Shown here in pieces: positions 34,992 to 59,715 of a DNA stretch of 64,000 nucleotides. Under the pieces are notes generated by a model. The model had not been told where the DNA came from. It did no database searches and was given only the letters and a program-made list of their open reading frames with translations. The translations under genes were made by a program, and so were the position numbers. Location of the stretch: contig NC_052168.1 of the NCBI RefSeq assembly GCF_902713615.1, positions 5,704,001 through 5,768,000 of the forward strand, in the 5' to 3' direction. The stretch's first letter is position 1, and each line of letters begins with the position of its first letter. The stretch comes from Scyliorhinus canicula (Eukaryota).

Positions 34992-35905
34992 ACCTGTATT
35001 AAAGCAAGGCGTGTTCAAAACTAGCAACAAAAGATTTACTTTTCATTTAAACATTTTTTTTAAACATTCCTTTAGAGCGTGTTGGGGGTCTTGAAGGTGG
35101 GATGAGTTAGTTTGGGGGAGGGCGGAAAGAAAACCAATCTCAGGATATTTCATTTTAGGTCATGTGAGACAAAGTAATTGTATTTAAATTAACAAACTTG
35201 GTGTTGTTCCTCAGGTAATTTTTCTAAGAAAAAAATAATAGTTTCATTCCATTGTATTATGTTGCAATACCCTCCCCAAAAAAAATATTAGATGGGATTT
35301 TGAACTCCCAGGTTACGAGCCCAACCCTTACCTCCCACTGGCTTCTTCAAATCAATTTCTCTTTGCTTCCAAACACCATCCTAGTTCCACACACGTTAAA
35401 TAGGTTTCCTGACTTGCTCACTCGCTAGGCAATCACTTGCTTCAAAATATGTGTAACATCTTCAGAATCAACTTACTGATCTAGACTAGACTAGACTCTG
35501 AAGGCAATGGTATCTCACGCCTTTTCTAGTCCCCTTTACAAATGTTGCAAAAACTGATCACGCCACAAATCAAGACAGCTAAAGCTGTAACAATGGATCC
35601 TAACCAGCCTGCACCAGTCTAGATTAATCCCACAGGCAGGAGCACAAAAGTTTGTCCCTGCCAGGGAAGATCCACAGAAAAAGATTATTGGATTAAATGG
35701 TGCCAACAGGAAACCTGCTAGCAACAGAAGAATGGTGCTCAAATGTAGCTGTGTAAATGGTGCAATATGAAAATAAACAGAGATTCAAATTTACAAGGAG
35801 GCAAAACAATAATTTATTTACAATTTTTATTTCACAAGACCAGATCACAACTGGATTCCTCCAACCATCATACTGTCAAGCACCAAATTGTTCCCAGCAG
35901 TCAGT

Positions 35906-38390
<2,485 letters not shown>

Positions 38391-38456
38391 CCTCACTATT
38401 ATTACTCACTGTCACCAAAATGTTGTAGAACTGACCCTGCCTAACACAAGCTCTTG

Positions 38457-38610
38457 TATTTATACAACTGGGACATCCTGCATTCAGACAGGGAATGACA
38501 TCACCAATGATGATTGACAATCCCTGATAGCCAATCAGGAACCGGCCATTCCAGGCACCAATTAATCAATGAGAGCTTTTGGGGGGTGGGGGGTGAGACC
38601 CAGAGCCAAA
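38457..38610 (-). promoter_or_regulatory. Core promoter of ferritin copy 6
   Basis: TATAAATA 38464-38457; TGACATCA, three CCAAT, GATA motif, GGGGTGGGGG box. Confidence 0.72.
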
Positions 38611-39488
38611 CAGAGTTTTGGAATCCAGACCTGGTTGGCAGATTCATCTCAATGATGTCACTGCTTTTACTTTCCTTGACCTTCTTCAAATGTGAAAATG
38701 TCTCGTTGTTGAACTCTCCCATTTTAACTCAATGATAATTGGTTCCATTTGCTGAAGTGGGTTTTCATAACCTGGACAAGTTTGTTACTGGCCAGGAACG
38801 GTGAAGCTGATACAATATTCAAACAATCAGGTCATCGTGAGGGAATTTTCTAACCAACCACTGGACAGGGAAATGGAATTGTGGGAATGGGAGGGGGGAA
38901 CATCACTGAATCCAATGTCACCCACGGACACGTCTCCATTTACTGTGTTTGGGGACAGGCTGGATGGAGCAGCTGGTCTTTTCCTGCCCGTCAATGTTGT
39001 ATATTGGATGAGTCCTTTTATGGTCAACTTTCAATGTGGCTGAAGCCTCTCGGGAGAGATGTCACCGATGGGCACAGTTGACCCACCTGAAGAGAAAGTG
39101 TATCCGGGTATTTACACCGATTCTGGTGAAAAAGGATCCGAGATGCAGCGACTGTCCTGTGGTCACAAAGAGCTTTGTCCAAACTGAGGGACATCACATG
39201 GTCACTCAAATAGCCATCCATGTGGACACGAGACTTTGCTGAAGGTCTGGGTTACTGATGCTGAGGGAACTACTGATTGATCCTTTCCTCAGGAAACTCT
39301 TTATATTCAATATCACAACCTGTAGGGAGTGGGGATGGTGATGGGGATGAGAAGCTCAGAGTGGTGCAGAGAATAACAAACACTGACAGTGACCAGAAAT
39401 TGTGATGATGCTGAGACAGGAACATGGAATGACTGAAACACCATGGTTTCCTCAAATTCCCTTTATTATTGTGTTGTGGCTTCACACA

Positions 39489-41958
39489 TAGAACATAGAA
39501 AAATACAGCACAGAACAGGCCCTTCGGCCCATGACGTTGTGCCGAACCTTTGTCCTAGATTAATCATAGATTATCATAGAATTTTAAGAGCAATTTACCA
39601 TGGCCAATCCACCCAACCTGCACACCTTTGGACTGTGGGAGGAAACCGGAGCACCCGGAGGAAACCCACACACACACAGGGAGGATGTGCAGACTCCACA
39701 GACAGTGACCCAAGCCGGAATCGAACCTGGAACCCTGGAGCTGTGAAGCAATTGTGCTATCCACAATGCTACTGTGCTGCCCTTAAGAACAAATTAATCT
39801 ACACTTTATTATTCTAGCATAATCCATTTTATTATTCTAGCATAATCCATGTACCTATCCAATAGCCGCTTGAAGGTCCCTAATGTTTCCGACTCAACGA
39901 CTTCCACAGGCAGTGCATTCCATGCCCCCACTACTCTCTGGGTAAAGAACCTACCTCTGACATCCCCCCTATATCTTCCACCATTCACCTTAAATTTATG
40001 TCCCCTTGTAGTGGTTTGTTCCACCCGGGGAAAAAGTCTCTGACTGTCTATTCTATCTATTCCCCTGATCATCTTATAAACCTCTATCACGTCGCCCCTC
40101 ATGCGTCTCCGTTCTAAGGAGAAAAGGCCTAGCACCCTCAACCTTTCCTCGCAAGACCTACTCTCCATTCCAGGCAACATCCTGGTAAATCTCCTTTGCA
40201 CCTTTTTCAAAGCTTCCACATCCTTCCAAAAGTGAGGTGACCAGAACTGCACACAGTACTCCAAATGTGGCCTGACCAAGGTTTTGTACAGCTGCATCAT
40301 CACTTCACGGCTCTTAAATTCAATCCCTCTGCTAATGAACGCTAGCACACCATAGGCTTTCTTCACAGCTCTATCCACTTGAGTGGCAACTTTCAAAGAT
40401 CTATGAACATAGACCCCAAGATCTCTCTGCTCCACATTGCCAAGAACCCTACCGTTAACCCTGTATTCCGTATTCATATTTGTCCTTCCAAAATGGACAA
40501 CCTCACATTTTTGAGGGTTAAGCTCCATCTGCCACTTCTCAGCCCAGCTCTGCATCCTATCTATGTCTCTTTGCAGCCGACAACACGACAACAGCCCTCC
40601 TCATTATCCACAACTCCACCAATCTTCGTATCATCTGCAAATTTACTAACCCACCCTTCAAATCCCTCATCCAAGTCATTAATGAAAATCACAAACAGCA
40701 GAGGACCCAGAACTGATCCCTGCGGTACGCCTCTGGTAACTGGGCTCCAGGCTGAATATTTGCCATCCACCACCATTCTCTGACTTCTATTGGTTAGCCA
40801 GTTCATTATCCAACTGGCCAAATTTCCCACTATCCCATGCCTCCTTACTTTCTGCATAAGCCTACCATGGGGAACCTTATCAAATGCCTTACTAAAATCC
40901 ATGTACACTACAACTACTGCTTTACCTTCATCCACATGCTTGGTCACCTCCTCAAAGAAGTCAATAAGACTTGTAAGGCAAGACCTACCCTCACAAATCC
41001 GTGCTGACTATCCCTAATCAAGCAGTGTCTTTCCAGATGCTCAGACATCCTATCCCTCAGTACCCTTTCCATTACTTTGCCTACCACCGAAGTGAGACTA
41101 ACTGGCCTGTAATTCCCAGGGTTATCCCTATTCCCTTTTTTGAACAGGGGCACGACATTCACCATTCTCCAATCCCCTGATACCACCCCTGTTGAGTGAG
41201 GACGAAAAGATCATTGCCAACGGCTCTGCAATTTAATTTCTTGCTTCCCATAGAATCCTTGGATATATCCCGTCAGGCCCGGGGGACTTGTCTATTCTCA
41301 AGTTTTTCAAAACGCCCAACACATCTTCCTTCCTGACAAGTATCTCCTCAAGCTTACCAGTCTGTTTCACATTGTCCTCTCCAACAATATGGCCCCTCTC
41401 GTTTATAATTACTGAAGAAAAGTACTCGTTCAGGGCCTCTCCTATCACTTCAGACTCAATATACAATCTCCCGCTATTGTCCTTGATCGGACCCACCCTC
41501 ACTCTAGTCATTCTCATATTTCTCACATATGTGTAAAAGGCCTTGGGGTTTTCCTTGATCCTACCCGCCAAAGATTTCTCATGCCCTCTCTTAGCTCTCC
41601 TAATCCCTTTCTTCAGTTCCCTCCTGGCTATCTTGTATCCCTCCAGCGCCGTATGAACCTTGTTTCCTCAGCCTTACATAAGTCTCCTTCTTCCTCTTAA
41701 CAAGACATTCAACCTCTCTTGTCAACCATGGTTCCCTCACTTGACCATCTCTTCCCTGCCTGACAGGGACAAACATATCAAAGACACGTAGTACCTGTTC
41801 CTTGAACAAGTTCCACATTTCACTTGTGTCCTTCCCGGTCAGCCTTTGTTCCCAACTTATGCGCTTCAATTCTTGTCTGACAGCATTGTATTTACCCTTC
41901 CCCCAATTGTAAACCTTGCACTGTTGCATGCACCTATCCCTCTCTATTACTGAAGTGA
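39489..41958 (-). mobile_element. CR1 LINE, 5'-truncated and frameshifted, with a SINE in its 3' UTR (about 39584-39782)
   Basis: [61 protein letters not shown]; TTCTATG repeat tail; paralogous empty site near 48640. Confidence 0.93.
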
Positions 41959-43313
41959 ATCCTAAACTTGGTGTGCGGCGTATTTAACACTCCATGGCCC
42001 ATTCCGTTGCTGCATTGTCACACAGCTTACTGGTAGTTGACTGAAAATTCATTATAGTCAGTGCAGATCTCAACAATATTCCTGAAACTAATTTATAAAC
42101 ATGGATAATTGTAGGAGTAGCATCAACATTGAATTGACTTAAATAGTGCACTCTTTCCAAGGATTGGTGCAGACTTGATGGGCCGAATGGCCTCCTTCTG
42201 CACTGTAGGAATTCTATTTATAGGGGCAAAGGAGACAAATGGAGGTCCATTGGGATGAACATTATCGGTTATGAAATGCTCGATGCCCAACCTAAACAAG
42301 TACCCATTTTGGAGATGGGTTAAGGGAAATTAATGGAAGGTGTTTGTTAAGTCACATTGAGAAGATGTGCGAGTGGCCGTTGGCTGGATCACTGAGGAGG
42401 AATTCAGAGGGTCACTGAACAAGCACATCTTTTGGGACTGGTGGGTGAAAATCCACACAGACACTGGGAGATCGTGCAGACTCACACAGACAGATATATG
42501 CCAGCAACCAAACCAGGCTCCCTGCTGCTGTGACGTAACAATGAACCACTTTGCTGACATGTCACCCATTGAGTGGTCATGGGTTTGGAGAGTGTCTCAG
42601 TAATCCTGGTGAGCTACTCACAGTGCATCTTGTAGATGGTACACTGCTGCTACTGTTCATCAGTGGAGGAGTGTTGGAATGTTTGTCTAAAGGGGAAAAA
42701 ATCAAGCAGGCTGCTCTGTGCTGGATGGTGTGGAGCTTCTGAGTGTTGATGGAGCTGCACTCATCCAGGCAAGTGGAGAGTATTCCATCACACTCGTGAT
42801 TTGATGGTGAAGCAGCTTTGGGAGGGGGTGAGGAGGTGGAGTTCTCACCATAGGATTCCTAGCCTTTGTGCTGCTCTGGTAGCCACAGTATTAATGTCAC
42901 TAGTCCAGTTTCGCATCAATGGTAACCCTAGGATATTGATTGATTCATAATCACACCCTGTACTAAATCATTCAGAAGATCAAACAGCATTGTGCAATAT
43001 TAAAAAACAGAGCTGCGTGAACCCAAATCATGGTTCTGGCTGAGATGTGGAGATGGAAATTAGACCTTCACCATGATCACGAAGAATGATGCTCAGAATT
43101 ATATAGCTGATTGTAACTAGGTGCAATATGAACTACTGTATATCTGGAAATAAAAGGGGATTTCAAATTTACAAGGAGGCAGAAAAGTCATTTATTTACA
43201 ATTATAATGATGCTACAAGACCAGGTCACAATTGTCAGACGTCAGTGAATTTGGTTTTTTGCCTTCAACAATCTGATTCCACCAAACAGAACAAGATTGT
43301 TCCCACTGTCAGT

Positions 43314-46086
<2,773 letters not shown>

Positions 46087-46135
46087 CTTAACTCTTATAA
46101 GTTCTAGAACTGACCCTTCCCACCACAAGCTCTTG

Positions 46136-46378
46136 TATTTATACAACTGGGACATCCTGCATTCAGACTGGGAATGACATGCCAATGATGATTGACAATC
46201 CCTGATAGCCAATCAGGAACCGGCCATTCCAGGCACCAATTAACCAATGAGAGGTTTTGGGGAGGGGGGGAGGGGGGGGGGAGGGGGAGGGGGGGAGGGG
46301 GAGGGGGGGGAGGGGGAGGGGGGGGAGGGGGAGGGGGGGAGGGGGAGGGGGGGGGGACGCGAGACCCACAGCAAATCA
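46136..46378 (-). promoter_or_regulatory. Core promoter of ferritin copy 7 with ~100 nt G-rich tract
   Basis: TATAAATA 46143-46136; CCAAT cluster; (GGGGGA)n tract at about 46259-46356. Confidence 0.72.
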
Positions 46379-46740
46379 GAGTTTTGGAATCCAGACCTGG
46401 TTGATGATGTCACTGTTTTTAACTTTCCTTGACCTTCTTCAGATGTGAAAATGTCTCGTTGTTGAACTCTCCCATTTTAACTCAATGATAATTGGTTCCT
46501 TTTACTGAAGTGGGTTTTCATAACCTGGACAAGTTTGTTACTGCCCAGGAGCAGTGGAGCTGATACAATATTCAAACAATCAGGTCACCTTGAGGGAATT
46601 TCCTAACCAACCACTGGACAGGGAAATGGAATTGTGGGAATGGGAGGGGGGGAATATCACTGAATCCAACGTCACCCACAGACACGTCTCCATTTACTGT
46701 GTTTGGGGACAGGCTGGAAGGAGCAGCTATTCCTGCTCGT

Positions 46741-48134
46741 ATAATCCAGGGAACTACAGGCCGATGAGCCTTACATAAGTGGTAGGGAAATTACTGGAGA
46801 GAATCCTTCGAGACAGGATCTACTCCCATTTGGAAGCAAATGGACGTTTTAGTGAGAGGCAGCACGGTTTTGTGAAGGGGAGGTCGTGTCTCACTAACTT
46901 GATAGAGTTTTTCGAAGCGGTCACAAAGATGATTGATGTAGGTAGGGCAGTGGATGTTGTCTATATGGACTTCAGTAAGGCCTTTGACAAGGTCCCTCAT
47001 GGCAGACCTGTACAAAAGGTGAAGTCACACGGGATCAGGGGTGAGCTGGCAAGATGGATACAGAACTGGCTCAGTCATAGATGGCAGTGAGTAGCAATGG
47101 AAGGGTGCTTTTCTGATTGGAGGGCTGTGACTAGTGATGGCCGGCAGGGATCAGTGCTGGGACCTTTGCTGTTCGTAGTATATTTCAATGATTCGGAGGA
47201 AAATGTAACTGGTCTGATTAGTAAGTTTGCAGACGACACAAAGGTTGCTGGAATTGCGGATAGCGATGAGGACTGTCCGAGGATACAGCAGGATTTAGAT
47301 CTTTTGGAGACTTGGGCGGAGAGGTGGCAGATGGAGTTTAATCCGGACAAATGTGAGGTCATGCATTTTGGAAGGTCTAATGCAGGTAGGAAATATACAG
47401 TGAATGGTAGAACCCTCAAGAGTATTGACAGTCAGAGCGATCTTGGTGTACAGGTCTACAGGTCACTGAAAGAGGCAACACAGGTGGAGAAGGTAGTCAA
47501 GAAGGCATACGGCATGCTTGCCTTTATTGGCCAGGGCATTGAGTATAAGAATTAGCAAATCATGATGCAGCTGTATAGAACCTTAGTTAGGCCACACTTG
47601 GAGTACAGTGTTCAATTCTGGTCGCCACACTACCAGAAAGATGTGGAGGCTTTAGAGAGGGTGCAGAAGAGATTTACCAGGATATTGCCTGGTATGGAGG
47701 GCATTAGCTATGAGGAGCGGTTGAATGAACTCGGTATGTTCTCACTGGAACGACGAAGGTTGAGGGGCGACCTGATAGAGGTCTACAAAATTATGAGGGG
47801 CATAGACAGAGTGGATAGTCAGAGGCTTTTTCCCAGGGTAGAGGGGTCAATTACTAGAGGGTATAGGTTTAAGGTGTGAGGGGCAAGGTTTAGAGGAGAT
47901 GTACGAGGCAAGTTTTTTTACACAGAGGGTAGTGGGTGCCTGGAACTCGCTGCCGGAGGAGGTGGTGGAAGCAGGGACGATAGTGACATTTAAGGGACAT
48001 CTTGACAAATACATGAATAGGATGGGAATAGAGGGATACGCACCCCGGAAGTGAGAACATTTTAGTTTAGACGGGCAGCATGGTAGGCACAGGCTTGGAG
48101 GGCTGAAGGGCTTGCTCCTGTGCTGTTGTTCTTT
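46741..48134 (+). mobile_element. CR1 LINE RT fragment upstream of copy 7
   Basis: NPGNYRP...[11 protein letters not shown]...QGSVLGP...FADD...RPHLEYSVQFWSP with in-frame stops; empty site visible near 32974 and 38990. Confidence 0.93.
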
Positions 48135-49249
48135 GTCAATGTTGTGTGTTAGATGATTCATTTTATGGTCAACTTTCAATGTGGCTGAAGGCTCTCGGGA
48201 GAGATGTCACCGATGGGCACAGTTGACCCACCCGAAGAGAAAGTGTATCCGGGTATTTACACCGATTCTGGTGAAAAAGGATCCGAGATGCAGCGACTGT
48301 CCTGTGGTCAGAAAGGGCTTTGTCCAAACTGAGGGACATCACATGGTCACTCAAATGGCCATCCAAGTGGGCACGAGAGACTTTGCTGAAGGTCTGGGTT
48401 ACTGATGCTGAGGGAACTGCTGATTGATCCTTTCCACAGGAAACTCTTTGAATTCAATATCACAACCTGTAGGGAGTGGGGATGGGGATGGGGATGGGGA
48501 TGAGAAGCTCAGAGTGGTGCAGAGAATAACAAACACTGACAGTGACCAGAAATTGTGAGTGATGCTGAGACAGGAACATGGAATGACTGAAACACCATGG
48601 TTTCCTCGAATTCCCTTTATTATTGTGTTGTGGCTTCACACATCCTCAATTTTAAGAAGCCCTCCTGGTGTGCAGCATATTCAGCCCCTCCACTGCCCAT
48701 TCCGTTGCTGCATTCTCACACCACTTACTGGTAGTTGACTGAAAATTCATTATAGACAGTGCAGATCTCAACAATGTTCCTGAAACTAGTTTATAAACAT
48801 GGATAACTGCAGGAGTGGCATCAATGTTGAATCCACTCCGAGTGCTCTTTCCAAGGACTGTGCAGACTGGATGGGCCGAATGGCCTCCTCTGCACTGTAG
48901 GGATTCTTTCTATTTATAGGGGCAAAGGAGACAAATAATGGCCCACTGGGATGAATATTATCGGTTATGAAATGCTTGATGCCCAAACCTAAACAAATAC
49001 TTATTTTGGAGATGGGTTAGGGGAAATTAATGGAAGGTGTTTGTTAAGTCACATTTATAGGATGTGACTGGTCTTTGGCTGGATCACGGAGGGAGAATTC
49101 AGAGGGCAACTCAAGTACATCTTTTAGTACACGTGGGTGGAAAATCCACACAGACACTGGGAGATTGTGCAGACGTAGACAGACTTACACCAGGAACCAA
49201 CCAAGGTCCCTGGTGCTGTGAAGTAACAATGTTAACTACTATGCTAACA

Positions 49250-49640
49250 TGTCACCCTTTGAAATGGTAGCAGTCGTGGATTTAGAGAGCATTGTCTAAG
49301 TAATCTTGGTGAGGTACTGCAGTGCATCTTGTAAATGGTACAGATGGCTACTACTGTGCATCAGTGGAGGAGTGTTTGAATGTTTGTAGAAGGGGGAAGT
49401 AACCAAGCAGGCCTGCTTGTCTTGGATGGTGTTGAGCTTCTGAGTGTTGTTGGAGCTGCGCTCATCCAGGCAAGTGGAGAGTATTCCATCACACTCAATT
49501 TGTCAGTGAAGCAGCTTTGGGAGGGGGTGAGGATGTGGATTCTCACCTTAGGATTCCTAGCCTTTGAGCTGCTCTGGTAGCCACAGTATTAATGTGGCTA
49601 GTCCAGTTTCTGATCAAGTGGTAACCCCCAGGATATTGAC
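49250..49640 (-). mobile_element. Old LINE RT C-terminal relic (also near 42570-42940, 55910-56300, 62600-62990)
   Basis: MEYSPLAWMSAAPTTL, a YS..W motif typical of the CR1/L2-group ORF2 end; heavily degraded. Confidence 0.6.
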
Positions 49641-50010
49641 TGATTCGTAATCACACCCTGCTCAGTGCTAAATCATTCAGACCATCAAACTGCACTGAAA
49701 TATTAAAAAAAACAGTGCTATGTGAACCCATTCATGGTTGAGATGTGGAGTGTACATGGAAATTAAACCTTCACCATGATCATGAAGAATGATGCTCAGA
49801 CATCACATAGCTTGTATGTAACTGGGTGCAATATGAACTATGTCAGGAAATAAAGGGGATTTCAAGTTTAAAAGGAGGCAAAATAGTCATTTATTTACAG
49901 TTATGATGCTACAAGACCAGGTCACGATTGCGACAAGACATGAGAGAATTTGGTTTTTGCCTTCAATAATCTGGTTCCACCAAACAGAACAAGATTGTTC
50001 CCCAGTCAGT

Positions 50011-52808
<2,798 letters not shown>

Positions 52809-52857
52809 CTTAACTCTTATAAGTTCTAGAACTGACCCTTCCCACCACAAGCTCTTG

Positions 52858-53048
52858 TATTTATACAACTGGGACATCCTGCATTCAGACTGGGAATGAC
52901 ATCACCAATGATGATTGACAATCCCTGATAGCCAATCAGGAACCGGCCATTCCAGGCACCAATTAACCAATGAGAGGTTTTGGGGAGGGGGGGGGGGGGG
53001 GAGGGGGAGGGGGAGGAGGGGGGGGGGGGGGCGAGACCAACAGCCAAT
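52858..53048 (-). promoter_or_regulatory. Core promoter of ferritin copy 8
   Basis: TATAAATA 52865-52858; CCAAT cluster; G tract at about 52982-53031. Confidence 0.72.
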
Positions 53049-53430
53049 CAGAGTTTTGGAATCCGGACCAGGTTGGAAGATTCATCTCGATGATGTCACT
53101 GTTTTTACTTTCCTTGATCTTCTTCAGATGTGAAAATGTCTCGTTGTTGAACTCTCCCATTTTAACTCAATGATAATTGGTTCCTTTTACTGAAGTGGGT
53201 TTTCATAACCTGGACAAGTTTGTTACTGGCCAGGAGCAGTGGAGCTGATACAATATTCAAACAATCAGGTCGCCTTGAGGGAATTTGCTAACTAACCACT
53301 GGACAGGGAAATGGAATTGTGGGAATGGGAGGGGGGGAATATCACTGAATCCAATGTCATCCAAAGACACGTCTCCATTTACTGTGTTTGGGGACAGGCT
53401 GGATGGAGCAGTTGGACTTTTCCTGCTCGT

Positions 53431-54805
53431 ATAATCCAGGGAACTACAGACCGGTGAGCCTTACATCAGTGGTAGGAAAATTACTGGAGAGAATTCTTCG
53501 AGACAGGATCTACCCCCATTTGGAAGCAAATGGACGTTTTAGCGAGAGGCAGCATGATTTGTGAAGGGGAGGTCGTGTCTCACTAACTTGATAGTTTTTC
53601 GAAGCGGTCACAAAGATGATTGATGTAGGTAGGGCAGTGGATGTTGTCTATATGGACTTCAGTAAGGCCTTTGACAAGGTCCCTCATGGCAGACTGGTAC
53701 AAAAGGTGAAGTCACTCGGGATCAGGGGTGAGCTGGCAAGATGGATACAGAACTAGCTAAGTCATAGATGGCAGAGAGTAGCAATGGAAGGGTGCTTTTC
53801 TGATTGGAGGGCTGTGACTAGTGATGGCCGGCAGGGATCAGTGCTGGGACCTTTCCTGTTCGTAGTATATTTCAATGATTCGGAGGAAAATGTAACTGGT
53901 CTGATTAGTAAGTTTGCAGACGACACAAAGATTGGTGGAATTGCGGATAGCGATGAGGACTGTCCGAGGATACAGCAGGATTTAGATCGTTTGGAGACTT
54001 GGGCTGAGAGATGGCAGATGGAGTTTAATCCGGACAAATGTGAGGTCATGCATTTTGGAAGGTCTAATGCAGGTAGGAAATACACAGTGAATGGTAGAAC
54101 CCTCAAGAGTATTGACAGTCAGAGCAATCTTGGTGTACAGGTCTACAGGTCACTGAAAGGGGTAACACAGGTGGAGAAGGTAGTCAAGAAGGCATACGGC
54201 ATGCTTGCCTTTATTGGCCAGGGCATTGAGTATAAGAATTAGCAAGTCATGTTGCAGCTGTATAGAACCTTAGTTAGGCCACACTTGGAGTACAGTGTTC
54301 AATTCTGGTCACCACACTACCAGAAATATGTGGAGGCTTTAGAGAGGGTGCAGAAGAGATTTACCAGGATGTTGCCTGGTATGGAGGGCATTAGCTATTA
54401 GGAGCAGTTGAATGAACTCGGTATGTTCTCACTGGAACGACGAAGGTTGAGGGGCGACCTGATAGAGGTCTACAAAATTATGAGGGGCATTGACAGAGTG
54501 GATAGTCAGAGGCTTTTTCCCAAGGGTAGAGGGGTCAATTACTAGAGGGCATAGGTTTAAGATGTACGAGGCAAGTTTTTTACACAGAGGGTAGTAGGTG
54601 CCTGGAACTCACTGCCGGAGGAGGTGGTGGAAGCAGGGACGATAGTGACATTTAAGGGACATCTTGACAAATACATGAATAGGATGGGAATAGAGGGATA
54701 CGCACCCCGGAAGTGAGAACATTTTAGTTTAGACGGGCAGCATGGTTGGCACAGGCTTAGAGGGCGGAAGGGCCTGCTCCTGTGCTGTACTTTTCTTTGT
54801 TCTTT
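53431..54805 (+). mobile_element. CR1 LINE RT fragment upstream of copy 8 (co-duplicated)
   Basis: Same junctions as 46741-48134, with extra indels. Confidence 0.92.
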
Positions 54806-56669
54806 GTCAATGTTGTGTGTTCCAATGATTCCTTTTATGGTCAACTTTCATTGTGGCTGAAGCCTCTCGGGAGAGATGTCACCGATGGGCACAGTTGACC
54901 CACCTGAAGAGAAAGTGTATCCGGGTATTTACACCGATTCTGGTGAAAAAGGATCCGAGATGCAGCGACTGTCCTGTGGTCACAAAGGGCTTTGTCCAAA
55001 CTGAGGGACATCACATGGTCACTCAAATGGCCATCCAAGTGGACACGAGAGACTTTGCTGAAGGTCTGGGTTACTGATGCTGAGGGAACTACTGATTGAT
55101 CCTTTCCACAGGAAACTCTTTGAATTCAATATCACATCCTGTAGGGAGTGGGGATGGTGATGGGGATGAGAAGCTCAGAGTGGTGCAGAGAATAACAAAC
55201 ACTGACAGTGACCAGAAATTGTGAGTGATGCTGAGACAGGAACATGGAATGACTGAAACACCATGGTTTCCTCGAATTCCCTTTATTATTGTGTTGTGGC
55301 GTCACACATCCTCAATTTTAAGAAGCCCTCCTGGTGTGCAGCATATTCAGCCCCTCCACTGCCCATTCCGTTGCTGCATTCTCACACCGCTTACTGGTAG
55401 TTGACTGAAAATTCATTATAGTCAGTGCAGATCTCAACAAGGTTCCTGAAACTAGTTTATAAACATGGATAACTGCAGGAGTGGCATCAATGTTCAATCC
55501 ACTCAGAGTGCTCTTTCCAAGGACTGTGTGGACTGGATGGGCCATTCGCCTCATCTGCATTGTAGGGATTCTGAGATTCTATTTATAGGGGCAAAGGAGA
55601 CAAATAATGGCCCACTGGGATGGATATTATCGGTTATGAAATGCTTGATGCCCAAACCTAAACAAATACTTATTTTGGAGATGGGTTAGGGGAAATTAAT
55701 GGAAGGTGTTTGTTAAGTCACATTTATAGGATGTGACTGGCCTTTGGCTGGATCACGGAGGGAGAATTCAGAGGGTAACTTAACAAGTACATCTTTTAGG
55801 ACACGTGGGTGGAAAATCCACACAGACACTGGAAGATCATGCAGACTTACACCAGGAACCAACCAGGGTCCCTGGTGCTGTGAAGTAACAATGTTAACTA
55901 CGGTGCTAACATGTCACCCTTTGAAATGGTAGCAGTCGTGGGTTTAGAGAGCATTGTCTAAGTAATCTTGGTGAGGTACTGCAGTGCATCTTGCAAATGG
56001 TACAGATGGCTACTACTGTGCATCAGTGGAGGAGTGTTTGAATGTTTGTAGAAGGGAGAGTAACCAAGCTGGCCTGCTTGTCCTGGATGGTGTTGAGCTT
56101 CTGAGTGTTGTTGGAGCTGCACTCATCCAGGCAAGTGGAGAGTATTCCATCACACTCAATTTGTCAGTGAAGCAGCTTTGGGAGGGGGTGAGGATGTGGA
56201 TTCTCACCTTAGGATTCCTAGCCTTTGAGCTGCTCTGGTAGCCACAGTATTAATGTGGCTAGTCCAGTTTCTGATCAAGTGGTAACCCCCAGGATATTGA
56301 CTGATTCGTAATCACACCCTGCTCAGTGCTAAATCATTCAGACCATCAAACTGCACTGAAATATTAAAAACAGTGCTATGTAAACCCATTCATGGTTGAG
56401 ATGTGGAGTGTACATGGAAATTAAACCTTCACCATGATCATGAAGAATGATTCTCAGACATTACATAGCTTGTATGTAACTGTGTGCAATATGAACTATG
56501 TCAGGAAATAAAGGGGATTTCAAGTTTACAAGGAGGCAAAATAGTCATTTATTTACAGTTATGATGCTACAAGACCAGGTCACGATTGCAACAAGACATG
56601 AGAGAATTTGGTTTTTGCCTTCAATAATCTGGTTCCACCAAACAGAACAAGATTGTTCCCACTGTCAGT

Positions 56670-59475
<2,806 letters not shown>

Positions 59476-59542
59476 CTTAACTCTTACTGTTCACAATCGC
59501 CTGGAAAGTTCTAGAACTGACCCTTCCCACCACAAGCTCTTG

Positions 59543-59664
59543 TATTTATACAACTGGGACATCCTGCATTCAGACTGGGAATGACATCACCAATGATGAT
59601 TGACAATCCCTGATAGCCAATCAGGAACCGGCCATTCCAGGCACCAATTAACCAATGAGAGGTT

Positions 59665-59697
<33 letters not shown>

Positions 59698-59715
59698 GTG
59701 AGACCCACAGCCAAT
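59543..59715 (-). promoter_or_regulatory. Core promoter of ferritin copy 9
   Basis: TATAAATA 59550-59543; CCAAT cluster; poly-G at about 59667-59697. Confidence 0.72.

Noticed and set aside
46163-46448. Poly-Pro and poly-Gly ORFs
   Set aside because: Translations of the promoter G tract.
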